A DNA stretch of 64,000 nt from Sumerlaeia bacterium (GCA_040219255.1 JAVJSW010000077.1:132750-196749), one strand, 5' to 3'; positions 22,604 through 32,284 are shown, numbered from the stretch's first letter. The notes: a model not told the origin generated them from the letters alone. Program-made: numbers and translations.

Positions 22604-22709
22604 GGCCCCAATCCCTCCGGCCTTCCACAAGTCTTCGGAGCGGTTCCGAACACTGATGGAAAAGGGAGGAGGGGCTGAAGGTAAAGGGCAGAAATTCTTC
22701 CGAAGCCGA

Positions 22710-23933
22710 TTAAAGGACCTGGGCGAGGTCGATGTGCGCCATCGAGAAGATATGGTGGAGCACGAGCGAGGTGGCGCCATGGGTGATGGCTTCCTCGCCA
22801 AGGCCGCAGGCCAGCACCTGGGTGCGGGCGAGTTGCTCTTCGGAGGTGAGGCTTGCCAGGGTTTCCTTGGCTTTCGGGAGAAAGTAGGGAGCGGCGGGGC
22901 TGACGCTGCCGCCGATAATCACAGCGGTCGGATCGATCGTGTGAATCAGAATGGCGACCCCGTGAGCGAGCGCTTTGCCATAGTCTTCCCAGACAGCGAG
23001 CGCCTTGGCGTTCCCCTTCTCGGCTTGCGAGATGAGACTCGCCACATCGCCCTTGGCGGCTCCGTGGGCCTTGGCGAGCGCCTTCAGGCCACCTTCGCTC
23101 AACACGTCGCCGAGCGATCCGCCATCGTAGGAAACCGGCGACAGATTGCCGGCCCGGCCGGCGCTGCCGTGCATCACACGGCCATTCTGCACGAAGGCGG
23201 CATGGAAGCTGGTTTCCGTGCTGAGATAGACGAAATTGATGAATTCCTTGCCTTCGCCCGACAGCAGGGACGCCAGGGCCATGGCCCGGGGGCGAGCCTC
23301 GACGATCACGGGAACCTGGGTCATTTCGCTGACGAGGCGCTGCACGACTCCGGAAGAGGCGGTCGGGTCGAGGGGGGAAAGGCCGATACTGCTGAGTTCG
23401 GGGGCGCTGAAGGGAACTTCCCAGGGCCAGGAAATGCCAACGCCGGCGAGCGGCGGATATTCGGCGCCTTCCTGGTGGAGAATGCCATCGAGGCACTCGG
23501 TGATCCACTGAGCGGCCTCGCGCGAGTCGGGCTTCTGGTTCGCCGGGGCCTTGCAGTTGGTGCGGGAAATTTCCTCGCCCTTCAAGTTCGTGAGCAGAAT
23601 GGTGGCCTGCTTCGGGGTGAAATCCACCCCGGCAACCATGGCGGCATCAGCCTTGAGCGTACACAGGGTGGGCCGGCGGCCGATGGTGGTTTCCTTGGCC
23701 TCTTCCTCGTGAACCAGTCCGGCCTTGACCAGATCGTCCACATGAGTCGCCACGCTCTGCATGTTCAGGCCCACGGTTTTCGAGATACCCGCCCGGGAAA
23801 TCGGACCGTAGTCACGAATGATCTTCAGCACGTAGTGCTTGCGAATGCGCTTCTTTTCCAGAGCACGCTCGGCGGGGGTTTCGGTTCTGGGCACAAGAAC
23901 CAGATCGGGGCGGCGGGAGATTACGCTTGTCAA
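22710..23933 (-). CDS. ROK family transcriptional regulator (NagC/XylR-like)
   Basis: N-terminal HTH GPISRAGISKTVGL...GRRPTL, ROK body (AGVDF, GVGISWP, AVIIGGSV). The sugar-binding motifs are degenerate. Confidence 0.9.
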   Translation of the reverse strand: MTSVISRRPDLVLVPRTETPAERALEKKRIRKHYVLKIIRDYGPISRAGISKTVGLNMQSVATHVDDLVKAGLVHEEEAKETTIGRRPTLCTLKADAAMVAGVDFTPKQATILLTNLKGEEISRTNCKAPANQKPDSREAAQWITECLDGILHQEGAEYPPLAGVGISWPWEVPFSAPELSSIGLSPLDPTASSGVVQRLVSEMTQVPVIVEARPRAMALASLLSGEGKEFINFVYLSTETSFHAAFVQNGRVMHGSAGRAGNLSPVSYDGGSLGDVLSEGGLKALAKAHGAAKGDVASLISQAEKGNAKALAVWEDYGKALAHGVAILIHTIDPTAVIIGGSVSPAAPYFLPKAKETLASLTSEEQLARTQVLACGLGEEAITHGATSLVLHHIFSMAHIDLAQVL

Positions 23934-24303
23934 TTTGACCTCCAGGTTTTCTAGCGGAAACGGGAGCGAATCCGGCTGAGGGAAGCCGTGTGGTGAAGCG
24001 AAAAAACTCGGGCGGATTTGATCCCAAGTTTTCCGTTGTTCATACGGTCAGCGAATTGCGAAAAAATTGCAACCGCCTTTTTCAGAAGCATTCGATTACG
24101 AGGCATCTTCTCCGCTGCCTCTCCCTTTGGACAGGCGCGGACCTCATTATGAATTCACTTCTTGGATTTGAAAGTTCCTGTCGTCAAGCCCCATTGGCCC
24201 TGGGAAGTGCAGAAAAATCAACGCTTTTACCCCGCCAACAATGCCAAAATCAATGCGGTCGATAACTTTGCGCTTGAATTATTCTGTCCGCCAGCCCATT
24301 CAC

Positions 24304-25464
24304 CTAGCGGAACATGGGCACCTCGGAAGCCTCGCTCGACTTGCGCGCGATCATCTTCGGTGTCATCAGCGCCGGCTCCGGCGTCTTGCCGGTTCGGATG
24401 CGCTCGATCAGCATCTCCGTCGCCCGCCGGCACATCTCTTCCACCGGATAGCGGATTCCTGTGATTGGCGGATTGTGGAGGGCGTACATCGGATTTTCGT
24501 CGAAGCCCACCAGTTTGACCTGGGCGGGGATGCGAAGGCGTTCGACTTCGAGCGCCTTGGAGATGGCGAAGGGGAGAACCCCGCCCAGCGTCAGCACGCC
24601 ATCCGGGTCGCCCCAGGCTCCGATGTGATTGAGGAAGGCCGCTTTGGCCTGCTCCATGTCCTCCGGCAGATTCACCACCGTGAAGCTGAGCGAGGGATCG
24701 CTGTAGGAATTGACCGCGTGGGCGATGCCTTCGACGCGGTCGACGATGGCGGCTTCGTGGGACCGCTCCTCGGGGACGGCGACGATGACCTTGCGGGCGC
24801 CGGCCACGATCAGGTGGCCCATGGCCATGCGGCCGGCCGTGAACTCGTCGACGCTGACGCTGCAAATGCGCTCGTCTTCCTTGTAGTTCATCGAGCCCAC
24901 AACGGCGATCGGCAGCTCGCTGTTGCGGAGCTGCTCGGACACCGTGTCGTCGTCCTCCGGGTTCACGTAGATGATACCGTCGACGGACTCGCCGGCGTTG
25001 GCGAGCAGCTTGCCGATGGTGCGCTCTTCGCTGCGGGTCATCAGCACCAGGTCGTAACCCACTTTGCTGGCCGAGCGAATCGCGCCGTGAATCTGAAGCA
25101 TCTGATCGAGTTGGAGAAGGGTGGCGGTGACGCTGGAGGTATTGATCGGCACGTCGTCGTGGCCGTGGATCGGATAGCACAAGGCGACGGCCTGGTGCTT
25201 GCCGGTGGCAAGGCGCACCGCCGCCCGGCTGGGTGTGTAGCCCAGCTTCTTGACGGCCGCGTAGACCCGTTGCTTCGTCTCCTCGCGCGCGGAGAACCCA
25301 TCGTAGGAGTTGTTGAGAATGCGCGACACCGCGGCGATGCTGACGCCCGCCTCTTTGGCGACGTCCATGATCGTGACCCGGCGCTTGCTGGCGCCTTTGC
25401 CACCACCCTTGCTGGGCTTGCCACCGCGATTGCTGCTGTTGGTGTTGTTACTGTTACCGGCCAT
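24304..25464 (-). CDS. LacI family transcriptional regulator
   Basis: VTIMDVAKEAGVSIAAVSRILN, LGYTPSRAAVRL, VDGII, and LRIPAQVKLVGFD...PPITGI. Confidence 0.95.
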   Translation of the reverse strand: MAGNSNNTNSSNRGGKPSKGGGKGASKRRVTIMDVAKEAGVSIAAVSRILNNSYDGFSAREETKQRVYAAVKKLGYTPSRAAVRLATGKHQAVALCYPIHGHDDVPINTSSVTATLLQLDQMLQIHGAIRSASKVGYDLVLMTRSEERTIGKLLANAGESVDGIIYVNPEDDDTVSEQLRNSELPIAVVGSMNYKEDERICSVSVDEFTAGRMAMGHLIVAGARKVIVAVPEERSHEAAIVDRVEGIAHAVNSYSDPSLSFTVVNLPEDMEQAKAAFLNHIGAWGDPDGVLTLGGVLPFAISKALEVERLRIPAQVKLVGFDENPMYALHNPPITGIRYPVEEMCRRATEMLIERIRTGKTPEPALMTPKMIARKSSEASEVPMFR

Positions 25465-25554
25465 CCTGTCCTCAGTCGTAGCGGGAGAGCCTTTCTATAA
25501 AAATCCCAATCAAATCACATGAAGGGCTTAGTTGGATACGCTCGCCGCGAGCCC

Positions 25555-25589
25555 GTCAAGCGGTTTACTCGCTCAGTAAAGGGTTTTAT
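25555..25589. promoter_or_regulatory. putative LacI-type operator(s) upstream of the lacI-family gene (autoregulation)
   Basis: GTCAAGCGGTTTAC (25555-25568) fits the AAnCGnTT LacI-type dyad and overlaps a minus-strand TTGAC. A similar GTAAAGGGTTTTAT lies 21 bp away (25576-25589). Confidence 0.4.
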
Positions 25590-25662
25590 TCCCGATCCCC
25601 CATCGTCAAGCCTATTTGCAATGCGTTGCAACGATAAAAAGCGACCCCTCCGCCCTGTGTCA

Positions 25663-27414
25663 TCACTTTGGCGGCGGCGGGACCTCCCAGGGCGGCGTCA
25701 CCCGCCACGCCCGCAGAAAATCCGCAGCCCCCGGCCCGACGAATACCGACTCCGGCGCGGCCTGCGGGGCCCCGTCCTTTGGCCCATAGACCAGGAATTG
25801 AATTCCGTCGACCTCGCTCTGAAGCCGATACCAGAGGGTGTAGCGATCGGATCCGGGAGGGGCCTCCACCGTGGGGCGCAAGGGCCAGACGACGGCGCGG
25901 CCTTCGTCGCCTGGTTCGATCCAGCCCTCCAACGGTTCGTCCTGCCAGGCGTAAAGCACAATAAAATCAACGCCCCGCGACAGCAGATAGTCCGCCAGCG
26001 GAGGCCCCGACAAATTGAACGTCGCCACATGCCGGTCCATCAGGCCCAGCATGTCGACGATGTGCGTTTCCCGCGGCAGGTAATATCCCAGCATTCCCAT
26101 CTGATCCGCCGCAAGCATCGCCCCCGGGTGCTCTGGCAGCAGGTTCTCGCTGAGCCAGCGCCCCGCCTGCGCGTTGATCAGTATCGGATCGCTCCGATAC
26201 CAGGACCAGCGCTCCTCCCAGGCTGGGTCGCGGAGCGCCTCGCCCAGCCGCACCGCCAGCCGTGTCCTCGGGTCGTCGTTCGCGATGCCCCGCAGCCATG
26301 GGCTGTGCCACCGGAACGGCAGCCAAAGGTTCAGCGCCAGCAAGCCCCCCGCCGCCAAACCCACAGCGACGCGGGCTCCCAGCCTTCCCCCCGCCCGTTG
26401 CAGCGCCCACTCGAGTCCCAACCAAAGCCCCAGCAGGCTCGGCACAACCACCGGCACGAGGTAGCGGAAACCGCTGTTGAGCTGGTCGCCGATCTTGAGC
26501 TGGAACGCCACGCCCGCCAGAATCTGCAAGCCCGCCGCCAGGGCCAGGACGTCCGACCGGCCGCGCAGCCACCGCGCCGCGCAGCCCGCCAGTCCCAACA
26601 CCGGAAAGCCCCACCAGGTCGCCGTCAGGGCCCCCGCCTGGCGCCAACCCGCGGACCGCCAAAGCAGCCACAGCGGCGGATCGTCGTGCCCCTTGGCCCG
26701 CACCGTGTTCGGAATCCATGCGTCATAATACACCCGGCGCGCCAGTTCGACCGCCAGCCACACCCCTACCGGGACCGCCCACGCCGCCGCGAGCCGGGCC
26801 ATTTCCCGCGACCGCCACGGCGTTCCCTCGCGACGCAGCCGCCACGCCTCGGCCCCCAGAACCGGCCAGAGCGCCAGCACGAAGCCCAAGCCCTCGGGCC
26901 GGCTCAGCCCCGCCAGCGCCCCGAAAAACGCCGCCCAGAGCCAATTCCGGCATCCCGCCGCCAACACCATTCCGCCGAGGACGGCCGCGTACTGCACCGT
27001 CTCCAGGCCCTGATCGCGGTGGTAATTGAGAAACGGCTGAAACCCCAGCGCCAGCGCCAGCCACCACGCCAGCATCGGCTCCCCCGGCGCCCGCCGCCGC
27101 GCCATGGCGAAACCCATCGCCACGAGTAGCGCCAGAAAACCGACCGACAGCGCCCGCGCCGCGAAATGCAGCTCGGCCCCGGACATCGCAAAGGGCATCA
27201 AGAGCGCCAACCAGAGTGGATTCGACGTGCCCTCGACGATTTCTCCCCGGTTGAAAACGGGCCCGTAGCCCGCCGCCCATTGCTCCGCGTAGCGGAACGT
27301 GATGAAGGCGTCCTCTCCCAGATGATTGTACGTCAAAACCGCCATCGGAAAAAGAGCCGCGCAAAGCGCGAGAAGCCAGAACCATTGGAGATCGAGACGG
27401 CGCGAGGAAGACAT
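25663..27414 (-). CDS. multi-pass membrane protein, GT-C-fold (arabinofuranosyltransferase-like) glycosyltransferase
   Basis: EDAFITFRYAEQWAAGYGPVFNRGEIVEGTSNPLW, GLET, SRPEG, YYDAWIPNT, FRYLVP and DMLGLMD, which are characteristic of this family. Confidence 0.8.
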   Translation of the reverse strand: MSSSRRLDLQWFWLLALCAALFPMAVLTYNHLGEDAFITFRYAEQWAAGYGPVFNRGEIVEGTSNPLWLALLMPFAMSGAELHFAARALSVGFLALLVAMGFAMARRRAPGEPMLAWWLALALGFQPFLNYHRDQGLETVQYAAVLGGMVLAAGCRNWLWAAFFGALAGLSRPEGLGFVLALWPVLGAEAWRLRREGTPWRSREMARLAAAWAVPVGVWLAVELARRVYYDAWIPNTVRAKGHDDPPLWLLWRSAGWRQAGALTATWWGFPVLGLAGCAARWLRGRSDVLALAAGLQILAGVAFQLKIGDQLNSGFRYLVPVVVPSLLGLWLGLEWALQRAGGRLGARVAVGLAAGGLLALNLWLPFRWHSPWLRGIANDDPRTRLAVRLGEALRDPAWEERWSWYRSDPILINAQAGRWLSENLLPEHPGAMLAADQMGMLGYYLPRETHIVDMLGLMDRHVATFNLSGPPLADYLLSRGVDFIVLYAWQDEPLEGWIEPGDEGRAVVWPLRPTVEAPPGSDRYTLWYRLQSEVDGIQFLVYGPKDGAPQAAPESVFVGPGAADFLRAWRVTPPWEVPPPPK

Positions 27415-27513
27415 ATGAATTACTGGTTTCACAAGAATTAGCGGCAAGAGCCGGAGCCCCCGGGAGCCATCGGAGCAGGGGCCGGGCGGGCGAGGCTACA
27501 CGAATCTTTCGCA

Positions 27514-27560
27514 TTCGCTTTCTTTTTACCTTGACCTTCACCGAAAGTTCGCCAGACATT
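27514..27560 (+). promoter_or_regulatory. lexA promoter with putative direct-repeat LexA boxes (CTTC-N7-GTTC type)
   Basis: TTGACC -35 at 27531-27536. CTTC-accgaaa-GTTC at 27536-27550 lies in the spacer. A second 11-bp-spaced pair TTCGCT/TTTACC lies at 27514-27530. Confidence 0.55.
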
Positions 27561-27594
27561 TGGGCCATAGTCCGATAGAAAGAGACGCCCCACC

Positions 27595-28236
27595 ATGTAC
27601 CTGACCCGTCGCCAGCGCGAAGTCTTCGAGTTCATCAAAACCTTCATCGAGCAACATGGCTACTCTCCGTCGCTGGAGGAAGTAGCCAAGGGGTTGAATC
27701 TGTCGTCCCTGGCGACAGTTCACAAGCACCTGACCAATCTGTCCGAAAAGGGCCTGATCCGGCGCCATTGGAATCGCGGCCGGGGCATCGAGATCTGCAA
27801 AGACCTCGACGCCCCCCGCATGGTCCACATGGAACTCGATGCCTGCTACGCCATCCCGATCCGTGGCACCGTGGCCGCGGGAGAACCCCTCGACGTCTGC
27901 GAGGACGACCTTTCCGAGCGCCTCAGCGTCCCCAGCGACCTCGTCCGCAACGCCGACCAAACCTACGTTCTGCGCGTGCGCGGCGAGTCCATGATCGACG
28001 AAGGTATCCGCGAGGGCGACTTCATCATCTGCGAGCGCCGCGCCCATTGCCGCGACGGTCAGGTCGTCGTCGCCCTCGTCAATAACTACGAGACCACCGT
28101 GAAGTACTACTTCCGCGAAGGCGATCAGATCCGCCTCCAGCCCGCCAACCCCTACATGGGGCCGATTTACGCCAAGGCCAGCGACGTCCAGATTCAGGGC
28201 GTCGTGGTGGGTCTGATCCGCCGCTACTCGCCGTAA
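27595..28236 (+). CDS. lexA: SOS repressor LexA
   Basis: LTRRQREV...GYSPSLEEVA...ATVHKHL winged HTH, VAAG cleavage site, GESM catalytic Ser and TVK catalytic Lys. Confidence 0.96.
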   Translation: MYLTRRQREVFEFIKTFIEQHGYSPSLEEVAKGLNLSSLATVHKHLTNLSEKGLIRRHWNRGRGIEICKDLDAPRMVHMELDACYAIPIRGTVAAGEPLDVCEDDLSERLSVPSDLVRNADQTYVLRVRGESMIDEGIREGDFIICERRAHCRDGQVVVALVNNYETTVKYYFREGDQIRLQPANPYMGPIYAKASDVQIQGVVVGLIRRYSP

Positions 28237-28427
28237 CGCCGGCTCCCGCGGCAGCTTTCTTTTCCTACAAGTCCTCCGAACCAACCGCCCGCACAGGGCG
28301 CCATGGGCATCTTTGGCGCCGCCCCAGTGGGAGCGGGGGTATCTGTGCGCGGCGGAGGAGCGGGCCGAGGCGGGGGGTGTCCTTTGCGGACAGCGGGGAC
28401 GCCCTCGCCTCACACTTTGGCCGGAGC

Positions 28428-28458
28428 AAAAGAAAAAGGGGAGGCGTGACGCCTCCCC
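28428..28458 (-). terminator. intrinsic terminator of the Hsp70 operon
   Basis: GGGGAGGCG-TGA-CGCCTCCCC hairpin at 28438-28458, followed on the minus strand by a T-rich tract. Confidence 0.75.
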
Positions 28459-28491
28459 CGGGTTCCACTTCGTTCTTTGTCAAACCAGGCT

Positions 28492-30246
28492 TTAGGCGCT
28501 GGCTTCGATTTCCGCCAGGATGCGCAGCATATCGTCGATGGTCGTATCCATGTCGTTCTCGTCACCGGTCTCGATGGCGTCACGCAAGCTGTCGGTGCGT
28601 TTGCGCAGGTCCGTCGAAAGCGGGTGATCGGAGGCGACGGAGAGGGTGGCTTCCGCCCGCTCGAGCATGTTGCGTGCTTCCTCGTGGCGCGAGTCGGCGA
28701 TCCGGCTGCGGAGCAGCGAGGCCACGCGATCCTTCGCTTCCTTGATCATGCGGGTCTTGTCGTCATCGTCCAGGCGGTTGTCGGTCGCCGTCACGACCAC
28801 CTGCTTGGAGACGCCGGTCGCCAGGTCCTCGGCGGTCACTTCCAAAATTCGGTCCGGATTGAGGCGGAAGGTGACTTCGATGCGCGGCACGCCGCGGGGT
28901 GCGGGCGTAACGCCTTCGATGCGGAGCAAATCCAGGAACGTGTTGTCCGAGGCCACGTCTTCTTCGCCTTCATAGATGGGGAAGGAGATGGCTTCCTGGA
29001 AGTCGCGGGTGCTGGTGAAGATGTCCTTGCCTTCCGTCGGGTAGGTGGAATTGCGAGGGATGATGACGCCCATCTGGTCGTTTTGCAGCCCCACGCCCAT
29101 GCTGAAGGGAGTGGTGTGGATGATGACGGGCCTGCTGTTGACGTAGCGTGTGGCGAGGGTTTCCTGGATTTCCGGGTCCAGCGGCGCGAGCACGAGGGTC
29201 TGGACGGCGGCGCCCATGGCGACGACTTCTTCCGGGCTGATGTCGCGGGCGGCGTTGCGGCCGGTGAACTCGCGGACTGCGCGCTGCACCGAGGGAATGC
29301 GGGTACAACCGCCGACGAGGAGCACTTGCGTGAGTTCCTCTCGAGTCAGTCCGGCATCCTTGAGGGCCTTCTGCATCGGTTCGATGGTGGCCTGGACGAG
29401 GTCCTTGGTGATTTCCTCGAACTTCTCGCGGGTCAGGACCGTGTCGAGGGTCAGTGGACCCTTTTCGGTCATGGTAACCGCTTCGACGAGTACGTGGGTT
29501 TCCTTGAGTTCGGACAGTTCGATCTTGGCTTCTTCCGCCGCCTCGCGCAGGCGCTGCATGGCGATCGGGTCTTCCGAGAGGTCGACGCCGTTCTGCTTCT
29601 TGAAGGTATCGACCAGGTAGTCGGAGATGCGCTTGTCGAAGTCGTCGCCGCCGAGCTTGGAGTTGCCGGAGATAGCGAGCACTTGGAAAACGCCGCTGAT
29701 GATTTCGATGATCGAGACGTCGAAGGTGCCACCGCCGAGGTCGTAAACCATGAGGCGCTGGTCTTCTTCCTTGTCGAGACCGTAGGCGAGGGCGGCGGCG
29801 GTGGGTTCGTCGATGATGCGGCGAACCTTGAGGCCGGCGATTTCGCCCGCGTCTTTGGTGGCTTGGCGCTGGGTGTCGGTGAAGTAGGCGGGAACGGTGA
29901 TGACGGCGGAGGTGATTTCCTCGCCAAAGTAATCTTCCGCGTCCTGCTTGATTTTTTGCAGGATCATCGAGGAGATTTCCTGCGGCGTGTACTCGCGGCC
30001 CTCGATGCGTACGCGGTGGCTGGTGCCCATGTTGCGCTTGATCGAGAAGACCGTGCGCCCCACGTTCATGATGGCTCCGCGCTTGGCTTTCTTGCCCACC
30101 AGGACGTCGCCGCTTTTGGTGAAGCCGACGACCGAAGGGGTGATTCGCTCGCCCAGGCTGTTGGGAACGATGAAGGGCCCGTTTTTCTCCATCACAGCCA
30201 TCACAGAGTTGGTCGTGCCCAAGTCGATTCCGATGATCTTGGCCAT
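28492..30246 (-). CDS. dnaK: Hsp70/DnaK-family chaperone (divergent paralog, short C-terminus)
   Basis: GIDLGTTNS, AVITVPAYF, EPTAAALAYG, DLGGGTFDVS, LGGDDFD and APRGVPRIEVTF; 584 aa. Confidence 0.93.
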   Translation of the reverse strand: MAKIIGIDLGTTNSVMAVMEKNGPFIVPNSLGERITPSVVGFTKSGDVLVGKKAKRGAIMNVGRTVFSIKRNMGTSHRVRIEGREYTPQEISSMILQKIKQDAEDYFGEEITSAVITVPAYFTDTQRQATKDAGEIAGLKVRRIIDEPTAAALAYGLDKEEDQRLMVYDLGGGTFDVSIIEIISGVFQVLAISGNSKLGGDDFDKRISDYLVDTFKKQNGVDLSEDPIAMQRLREAAEEAKIELSELKETHVLVEAVTMTEKGPLTLDTVLTREKFEEITKDLVQATIEPMQKALKDAGLTREELTQVLLVGGCTRIPSVQRAVREFTGRNAARDISPEEVVAMGAAVQTLVLAPLDPEIQETLATRYVNSRPVIIHTTPFSMGVGLQNDQMGVIIPRNSTYPTEGKDIFTSTRDFQEAISFPIYEGEEDVASDNTFLDLLRIEGVTPAPRGVPRIEVTFRLNPDRILEVTAEDLATGVSKQVVVTATDNRLDDDDKTRMIKEAKDRVASLLRSRIADSRHEEARNMLERAEATLSVASDHPLSTDLRKRTDSLRDAIETGDENDMDTTIDDMLRILAEIEASA

Positions 30247-30272
30247 GAATGTGGTCCGCCTTTCGGGAAAAA

Positions 30273-30839
30273 TCAGGAGGGTAGAGCAACCACCACCTTG
30301 GCGTCGCGAAGCAACCGGCCCTGAAACATGTAACCTTTTTGCCGTTCTTCGACAATCGTGCCCTCGGAATACTCCGCCGATGGCACGGTTGCAACCACAT
30401 CGTGATATTCGAAGTTCACTTCTTTTCCAACCGTCTGAATCGGCTCAAGTCCAAGTTGGTCCATGATCCGGCAGAGGCGTAGATGAACGGCCTGGATGGA
30501 TTTCACCCAGTTGAGAAACTCTTCTGTCGGTTCTTCCTCGGCCTGTGCCAAGTCCAAAATCCGCTCCATGCCATCGAGAACGGGGAGCATTTGCCGAGCG
30601 ATGGCGCGGGATTCGCCGCTGGAGGAGGCCTGCTCGCGGCTTTGCAGCTTCTCGACGCGTTCTTCCAGGAGCCGGGTTTCGCGCTGGATCGCGGCCACCT
30701 GGGATAAGAGGTCCCCGGCACCGCTTTGCGCGCCGCTCCAGACTTCCATCGGGGTGAAATCGCTCGTTGGCCATCGCGGAAGTCCGAACCACCGGCAAAT
30801 CGGAGCCGGCAACCAGGAGGGAGCCGCGACCGGCTTCAT
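30273..30839 (-). CDS. grpE: GrpE-family nucleotide exchange factor
   Basis: MLPVLDGMERIL, GLEPIQTVGKEVNFEYHDVV and GTIVEERQKGYMFQGRLLRDAKVVV. The ATG overlaps the upstream TGA (TGATG coupling). Confidence 0.9.
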   Translation of the reverse strand: MKPVAAPSWLPAPICRWFGLPRWPTSDFTPMEVWSGAQSGAGDLLSQVAAIQRETRLLEERVEKLQSREQASSSGESRAIARQMLPVLDGMERILDLAQAEEEPTEEFLNWVKSIQAVHLRLCRIMDQLGLEPIQTVGKEVNFEYHDVVATVPSAEYSEGTIVEERQKGYMFQGRLLRDAKVVVALPS

Positions 30840-32284
30840 CAGCGCTTCAACCGCAAATCGTTCAGAGCTTTGCGGGCCACTTTGTTTTTCGGATCGAGGG
30901 AAAGAACCCGCTGGTAATGCTGCATGGCGCTTCGCGTGTCGCCCTTCATGTCGTAGGTCGCGGCGATTTCCATGAAGACCTCCGGGCTTTGCGGCATGTA
31001 GCGCTGCAACTTTTTCAGGTGAACCAGCGCGTGGGTAAAGAGTCCCTTCTGGCGGAAGGATTTGCCCAGGGTCAGGTGGGCGCGCACGATGCTCTCGCGG
31101 GTCGAGGCGTTTTTCGGGTCGATGCTCAGGCTGCGGTTCCAGACGTTGAAGGCGTTGTCCACGTTGCCGAGGTGAAGCTGGGCCCGGCCCATCATGTTGA
31201 GGACTTCGATGTTCTTGGGGTGGCGGTTGTGCAACTGATCGAGTTCCTGATGGGCTTCTTCGTACTGGCCGCCTTCCATCAGAAGATTGGCGATACGATA
31301 GCGGGCGTCGAAGTCCTCGGGGCGCAGTTTGAGGATTTCCCGCTGGGCCTGAATGCTGGCGGAGCGGTCGCCGCCGGGGGCCGGGGCGGGGGCGGGCGGG
31401 CCGGTGGACGGCGTGGCGACGCGGTCCGAACTGGAAGATTGCTGGGGTCGACTGGTGGCGGCTGGCCGGCGCACCTCCGTCGAGGAGGCCCGCCCCTGGG
31501 CGTGGGGCGCGTCCAGCGAGCCGTGCGAACCGTGACCCTCCGGGGCCGAGGGCAGCTCGGAATGCATGCGCATCGCTTCGATCACGCATTCCTTCAGGTA
31601 CTCGTTGTCGCTTTCGTCATCGAGACGCTTTTTCCATCGGGCGATGGTTTCAGACCAATAAGCGGCGGCGCGGTCGGGGCGGTCGGCCTTTTCCGAAGCG
31701 AGCGCCAGATTATGAATCAGATCCGTGTTGTCCGGATTCAGCTTGAGAGCGTTTTCCCAGAGTTCGAGGGCTTCCTCGTCGAGACCGTGAAGGGCGTAGG
31801 ACAAGCCCAGGGCGACATAGGCGTGGATGAGATTGTTGCGGGCCCGGCGGTTGGAGGGATCGATCTTCTGGACTTCGCTCCAGTCGGCGATCGCCTCGGT
31901 CCAAAGCTTCTTGGTGACGGAGACATAGGAGCGCTGCATGAGGAGGGTCAGGTAGGCGGTTTTGGCTTCCGCGTCGCCGGGATCGTTCTCGTAGTGGGCT
32001 TTGGCTTCGTCGACCCGGTGGGCTACGGGCGGTTTGCCCTCCTGGGGCTTTTCCTCTGGCAGGAAAAGGAACTCGCCGCTGGTGACGTTGTAGGTGCGCA
32101 GGTCTTCGGCGGCTCGTTTCTTGGGATCCTTGAGCTTATCGTAAGCTCCCTTGATCACCATGAAGCGGTCGGTATGCTTTTCCGGATCGTACTTCTTGAC
32201 CAGCTCGAAGTAGGCCGACTTAATTTGTTGATCGGAGGCGCCTTTTTTGAGACCAAGGACCGAATAAGCGTTCTGTTCCTGCAT
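30839..32284 (-). CDS. J-domain (DnaJ-like, non-canonical) plus TPR-repeat protein
   Basis: NAYSVLGLKKGASDQQIKSAYFELVKKYDPEK...FMVIKGAYDKLKDPKKR, then two TPR clusters separated by a Pro/Ser-rich linker. Confidence 0.88.
   Translation of the reverse strand: MQEQNAYSVLGLKKGASDQQIKSAYFELVKKYDPEKHTDRFMVIKGAYDKLKDPKKRAAEDLRTYNVTSGEFLFLPEEKPQEGKPPVAHRVDEAKAHYENDPGDAEAKTAYLTLLMQRSYVSVTKKLWTEAIADWSEVQKIDPSNRRARNNLIHAYVALGLSYALHGLDEEALELWENALKLNPDNTDLIHNLALASEKADRPDRAAAYWSETIARWKKRLDDESDNEYLKECVIEAMRMHSELPSAPEGHGSHGSLDAPHAQGRASSTEVRRPAATSRPQQSSSSDRVATPSTGPPAPAPAPGGDRSASIQAQREILKLRPEDFDARYRIANLLMEGGQYEEAHQELDQLHNRHPKNIEVLNMMGRAQLHLGNVDNAFNVWNRSLSIDPKNASTRESIVRAHLTLGKSFRQKGLFTHALVHLKKLQRYMPQSPEVFMEIAATYDMKGDTRSAMQHYQRVLSLDPKNKVARKALNDLRLKR

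Noticed and set aside
25616-25631. Palindrome TTGCAATGCGTTGCAA as the LacI operator
   Set aside because: The centre is GC rather than the LacI-typical CG; it may bind another factor but cannot be assigned.
27440-27545. Weak resemblance (GCGAATG...CTCGCCC...CGATGGCTCCC) of the region upstream of the third GT-C gene to the MITE 3' part
   Set aside because: Only short GC-rich words match, there is no TIR, and the region is explained by the lexA promoter and operators.
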